Assembly: GCA_958371715.1 (NCBI GenBank)
Contig: CATXLW010000008.1
Span: 16,678-80,677 of the forward strand
Source: an uncultured Collinsella sp.
GTDB lineage: Bacteria > Actinomycetota > Coriobacteriia > Coriobacteriales > Coriobacteriaceae
Reading direction: 5' to 3'
Length of the DNA: 64,000 nucleotides
The notes under the pieces are model-generated. The model made no database searches and had not been told where the DNA came from. It worked only from the letters and a program-made list of their open reading frames with translations. This document shows positions 61,271-64,000 of this stretch, piece by piece. Position numbers and translations under genes: made by a program. The stretch's first letter is position 1. The number at the start of each line of letters is the position of its first letter.

Positions 61271-62670
61271 TTAACGGTCGTTTCGTTGCCGATATGAAGT
61301 CGCCCCGCACCCCCGATAACGAGGAGCCGGCTGCCGAGCGCGCCTGCGACTTCCGCCCCGTCGACAAGGGCTTCACCGAGGAGATGGCGCTGGCCGAGGC
61401 CGAGCGCTGCCTCAACTGCAAGAAGCCGTTCTGTGTTGAGGGCTGCCCCGTCAACATCAACATTCCCCGCTTTATCGAGCAGATCCGCGCGAAGGACTTC
61501 GGCGGCGCTCTCGATACCATTCGCGAGGACTCCATGCTTCCCGCCATCTGCGGCCGCGTCTGCCCGCAGGAGAACCAGTGCGAGGGCAAGTGCATCCGTG
61601 GCAAGAAGTCCGAGCCCGTGGCCATCGGCCAGCTCGAGCGCTTCCTGGGTGACCGCCCCGAGCTCGCCTCCACGCCCAAGATGGCCCCCAAGAACGGCAA
61701 GAAGGTCGCTGTCGTCGGCTCCGGCCCGTCCGGCATCACCTGCGCCGGCGAGCTCGCCCGTAACGGCTTTGACGTTACCGTCTTTGAGGCCTTCTTCACC
61801 GGCGGCGGCGTGCTGGTCTACGGCATCCCCGAGTTCCGTCTGCCCAAGGCGGTCGTCAAACGCGAGATTGACGGCCTGGAGGACATGGGCGTCAAGTTTG
61901 AGTACAACTCCGTCGTGGGCAACATGGCCACGGCCGAGGAGCTGTTCGAGCAGGGCTTCGACGCCATCTACGTGGCGACCGGCGCTGGCCTGCCCAAGTT
62001 CCTCAACGTCCCCGGCGAGAACCTGCCCAACGTCTTCTTCGCGAACGAGTACCTCACCCGCGTGAACCTGATGAAGGCCAACAAGTTCCCCGAGTACGAC
62101 ACCCCCACCAAGCACGGCAAGAACGTCGTTGTCTTTGGCGGCGGCAACGTGGCCATGGACGCCGTCCGTACCGCCAAGCGCCTGGGCGCCGAGCACGCCA
62201 TCATCGCCTACCGTCGTACCGAGGACGAGATGCCCTGCCGTCGCGCCGAGCTGCACCATGCTAAGGCCGAGGGCGTCGAGGTTCTGCCGCTCGTCTCCCC
62301 GCTCGAGTTTGTCGCTGGCGAGGACGGCTCCGTGTGCGCCGTCAAGGTCCAGAAGATGGAACTCGGCGAGCCCGACGAGTCCGGCCGTCGTCGCCCGGTG
62401 CCCATCGAGGGCGCCATCGAGGAGATCCCCTGCGACGTCGCGATTTCGGCTATCGGCACCAACGCCAACCCCTTCGCAAAGAAGATCGGCGGCAAGATGG
62501 AGCTCAACAAGTGGGGCTACATCGTCGCCGACGAGGAGACCGGCCAGACCACCGATCCCCGCATCTGGGCCGGCGGCGACATCGTCACCGGTGCCGCTAC
62601 GGTCATTCTGGCGATGGGCGCCGGCAAGAAGGCCGCCGCTTCCATCACCAAGAGCCTGCTGGGCGAGTAA
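61261..62670 (+). CDS. NfnB / glutamate synthase small-chain-like NADPH-dependent oxidoreductase
   Basis: 2x[4Fe-4S] region CLNCKKPFCVEGCPV...CGRVCPQENQCEGKC. Dinucleotide folds VVGSGPSGITCA and VFGGGNVAMD. Confidence 0.85.
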   Translation: MPLVNGRFVADMKSPRTPDNEEPAAERACDFRPVDKGFTEEMALAEAERCLNCKKPFCVEGCPVNINIPRFIEQIRAKDFGGALDTIREDSMLPAICGRVCPQENQCEGKCIRGKKSEPVAIGQLERFLGDRPELASTPKMAPKNGKKVAVVGSGPSGITCAGELARNGFDVTVFEAFFTGGGVLVYGIPEFRLPKAVVKREIDGLEDMGVKFEYNSVVGNMATAEELFEQGFDAIYVATGAGLPKFLNVPGENLPNVFFANEYLTRVNLMKANKFPEYDTPTKHGKNVVVFGGGNVAMDAVRTAKRLGAEHAIIAYRRTEDEMPCRRAELHHAKAEGVEVLPLVSPLEFVAGEDGSVCAVKVQKMELGEPDESGRRRPVPIEGAIEEIPCDVAISAIGTNANPFAKKIGGKMELNKWGYIVADEETGQTTDPRIWAGGDIVTGAATVILAMGAGKKAAASITKSLLGE

Positions 62671-62700
62671 TCACCTACAGCACTAGCCGCCAAACGGCAA

Positions 62701-62738
62701 AGTCCCCGTCGAGCACACGCCCGGCGGGGACTTTTTTC
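62701..62738 (+). terminator. Rho-independent terminator after the nfnB-like gene
   Basis: AGTCCCCG-(16 nt)-CGGGGACT followed by TTTTTTC. Confidence 0.6.
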
Positions 62739-62797
62739 TATGCCGGCCGCCCGACCACCACAAAGGGGACAGGCACCTTTGTGGTGGTTTTGGTCGG

Positions 62798-63421
62798 TTA
62801 GTCTTCGAGCTGCGCTACTTTGTAGCGGTAGGCAGCGGCGATAACGTCTTTGCAGCCCTCGCGGCCCAGCTTGGCGCGGTTGACGACGATGTCCTTACCG
62901 CTCGTCATCTTCCACTTGCCGGCGCTGTAGCGCTTGTAGAATGCCTCGCGCGCCTTCTGCTGCTGCTTGACCAGCTTGGCGCCCTTCTTTTTATTAAGGC
63001 CTCGCTTTTTGCGCACAATCTCGACGCGGTCCTCAAAAGGAGCGGTCACCAGCACGGCAATGTGGTTGGGGTTGTTACGCAGCAGGTAATCGGACAGACG
63101 GCCTTCGATAATGCAGCTCTCGGTCTCGCCCAGGTCCAAAATCACCTGGCTCATCTTTTGGAACAACTTGTCCGAGTACGAACGCGCATCGTAGCGGTCG
63201 GGCAGGAACGCCATGTTCTCCACGGCCAGACGCTCGTCGTAGGCGGCCATCTTGTCGAGCGACTCGCCCGCGCGCAGCGACGCACGCACCAGCAGCTCGT
63301 TATCGTACAGCGGAATCCCCAACTCGTCGGCAAGCATGCGGCCAATCTCGTGGCCCTCGGCGCCAAAGTCGCGCGCGATGGTAATGACCACAGGATTCTT
63401 CTTATTCTCCAGATCGCTCAT
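62798..63421 (-). CDS. Cytidylate kinase-like family protein
   Basis: VVITIARDFGAEGHEIGRMLADELGIPLYDNELL is typical of the Cytidylate_kin2 family. I chose the MSDLENKK start. Confidence 0.65.
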   Translation of the reverse strand: MSDLENKKNPVVITIARDFGAEGHEIGRMLADELGIPLYDNELLVRASLRAGESLDKMAAYDERLAVENMAFLPDRYDARSYSDKLFQKMSQVILDLGETESCIIEGRLSDYLLRNNPNHIAVLVTAPFEDRVEIVRKKRGLNKKKGAKLVKQQQKAREAFYKRYSAGKWKMTSGKDIVVNRAKLGREGCKDVIAAAYRYKVAQLED

Positions 63422-63469
63422 CGCGATTCCTTTCTCTATGTGACAAAGGGGCTGTCCCTTTGCCACATT

Positions 63470-64000
63470 CTACGCTGCCACCATTCGCCTCTGATATGCG
63501 CGAACCAGCAGCGAGATACCAAAGTTGAGCACAAAGTACATCGCAAACACCAGGCCGTAGAGCATAAGCACCTGCGACAGGTCGATCGCATGGGCCATCA
63601 CGACGTTTGCCGTGTACATGAGCTCGGCCACGTTAATGCCCGAAAGATACGAGCTGTCCTTGATGACGGTCGTGCACTGGCTAAACAGCGCCGGGATGAT
63701 CGTCTTAAACGTCTGCGGCAGAATGATGTAGCGCATGGTGGCAAAGAAGCCAAAACCCTGGCTCTGCGCTGCCTCAAACTGGCCGCGCGGAATCGAGTTG
63801 AGGCCGCCGCGCACGATCTCGGCCATAACGGCGCTGGTAAACAGCGTAAAGGCGATGGTCGAAATCACAATGTCCAAACCCTGCACCGTAAAGTAGATAA
63901 ACAGAATCCACAGCAGGTTCGGCGTGCAGCGGAACAGCTCGATATAGGCGCTCACCAAAATACGGAACGGGCGGGGCGCATAGCTCTTAATGAGCGCCAG
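63470..64000 (-). CDS. Amino-acid ABC transporter permease (His/Glu/Gln/Arg/opine type), 3' part; N-terminus beyond the right edge
   Basis: ...YIELFRCTPNLLWILFIYF...AEIVRGGLNSIPRGQFEAAQSQG (EAA loop). The frame stays open to the window end. Confidence 0.75.
   Translation of the reverse strand: MALIKSYAPRPFRILVSAYIELFRCTPNLLWILFIYFTVQGLDIVISTIAFTLFTSAVMAEIVRGGLNSIPRGQFEAAQSQGFGFFATMRYIILPQTFKTIIPALFSQCTTVIKDSSYLSGINVAELMYTANVVMAHAIDLSQVLMLYGLVFAMYFVLNFGISLLVRAYQRRMVAA

Overview
High-GC chromosomal segment. The gene content (Ech-type hydrogenase, NfnAB-like pair, ECF transporter, leaderless-looking starts) suggests an anaerobic Actinomycetota, possibly Coriobacteriia; this is inference only. 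From left to right the window holds: (1) an ABC-2 exporter operon divergent from a NarL-type two-component system; (2) a block of modular intergenic repeats; (3) a six-subunit Ech-like group-4 [NiFe]-hydrogenase operon in which the EchA-like and EchB-like membrane subunits are one 960-aa protein; (4) an orphan IS3-OrfA-like double-HTH gene next to an AT-rich, repeat-dense spacer; (5) a visibly lower-GC four-gene operon encoding three single-pass membrane proteins and a 3,571-aa GLUG-repeat secreted giant, which is my best candidate for an undescribed system; (6) a DUF4143 AAA ATPase with a 23-bp-periodic repeat array, and an OYE-family flavoenzyme; (7) a ~15.3-kb integrative mobilizable element inserted in initiator tRNA-Met, carrying int, xis, RHH, a MOBQ-like relaxase, a VirD4-type coupling protein, leading-region genes, a low-GC SdpI-like islet and a nuclease-rich cargo cluster; (8) a housekeeping block (coaX, BirA-like, FolP-FolK fusion, Sir2, xthA, ECF transporter, glmU, prs, pth, NfnAB-like, cytidylate-kinase-like, amino-acid ABC permease), interrupted by a second low-GC DUF4143 ATPase bracketed by hairpin repeats. 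I found no rRNA, CRISPR array or phage structural genes. All family assignments come from motif recognition by eye; no searches were run.
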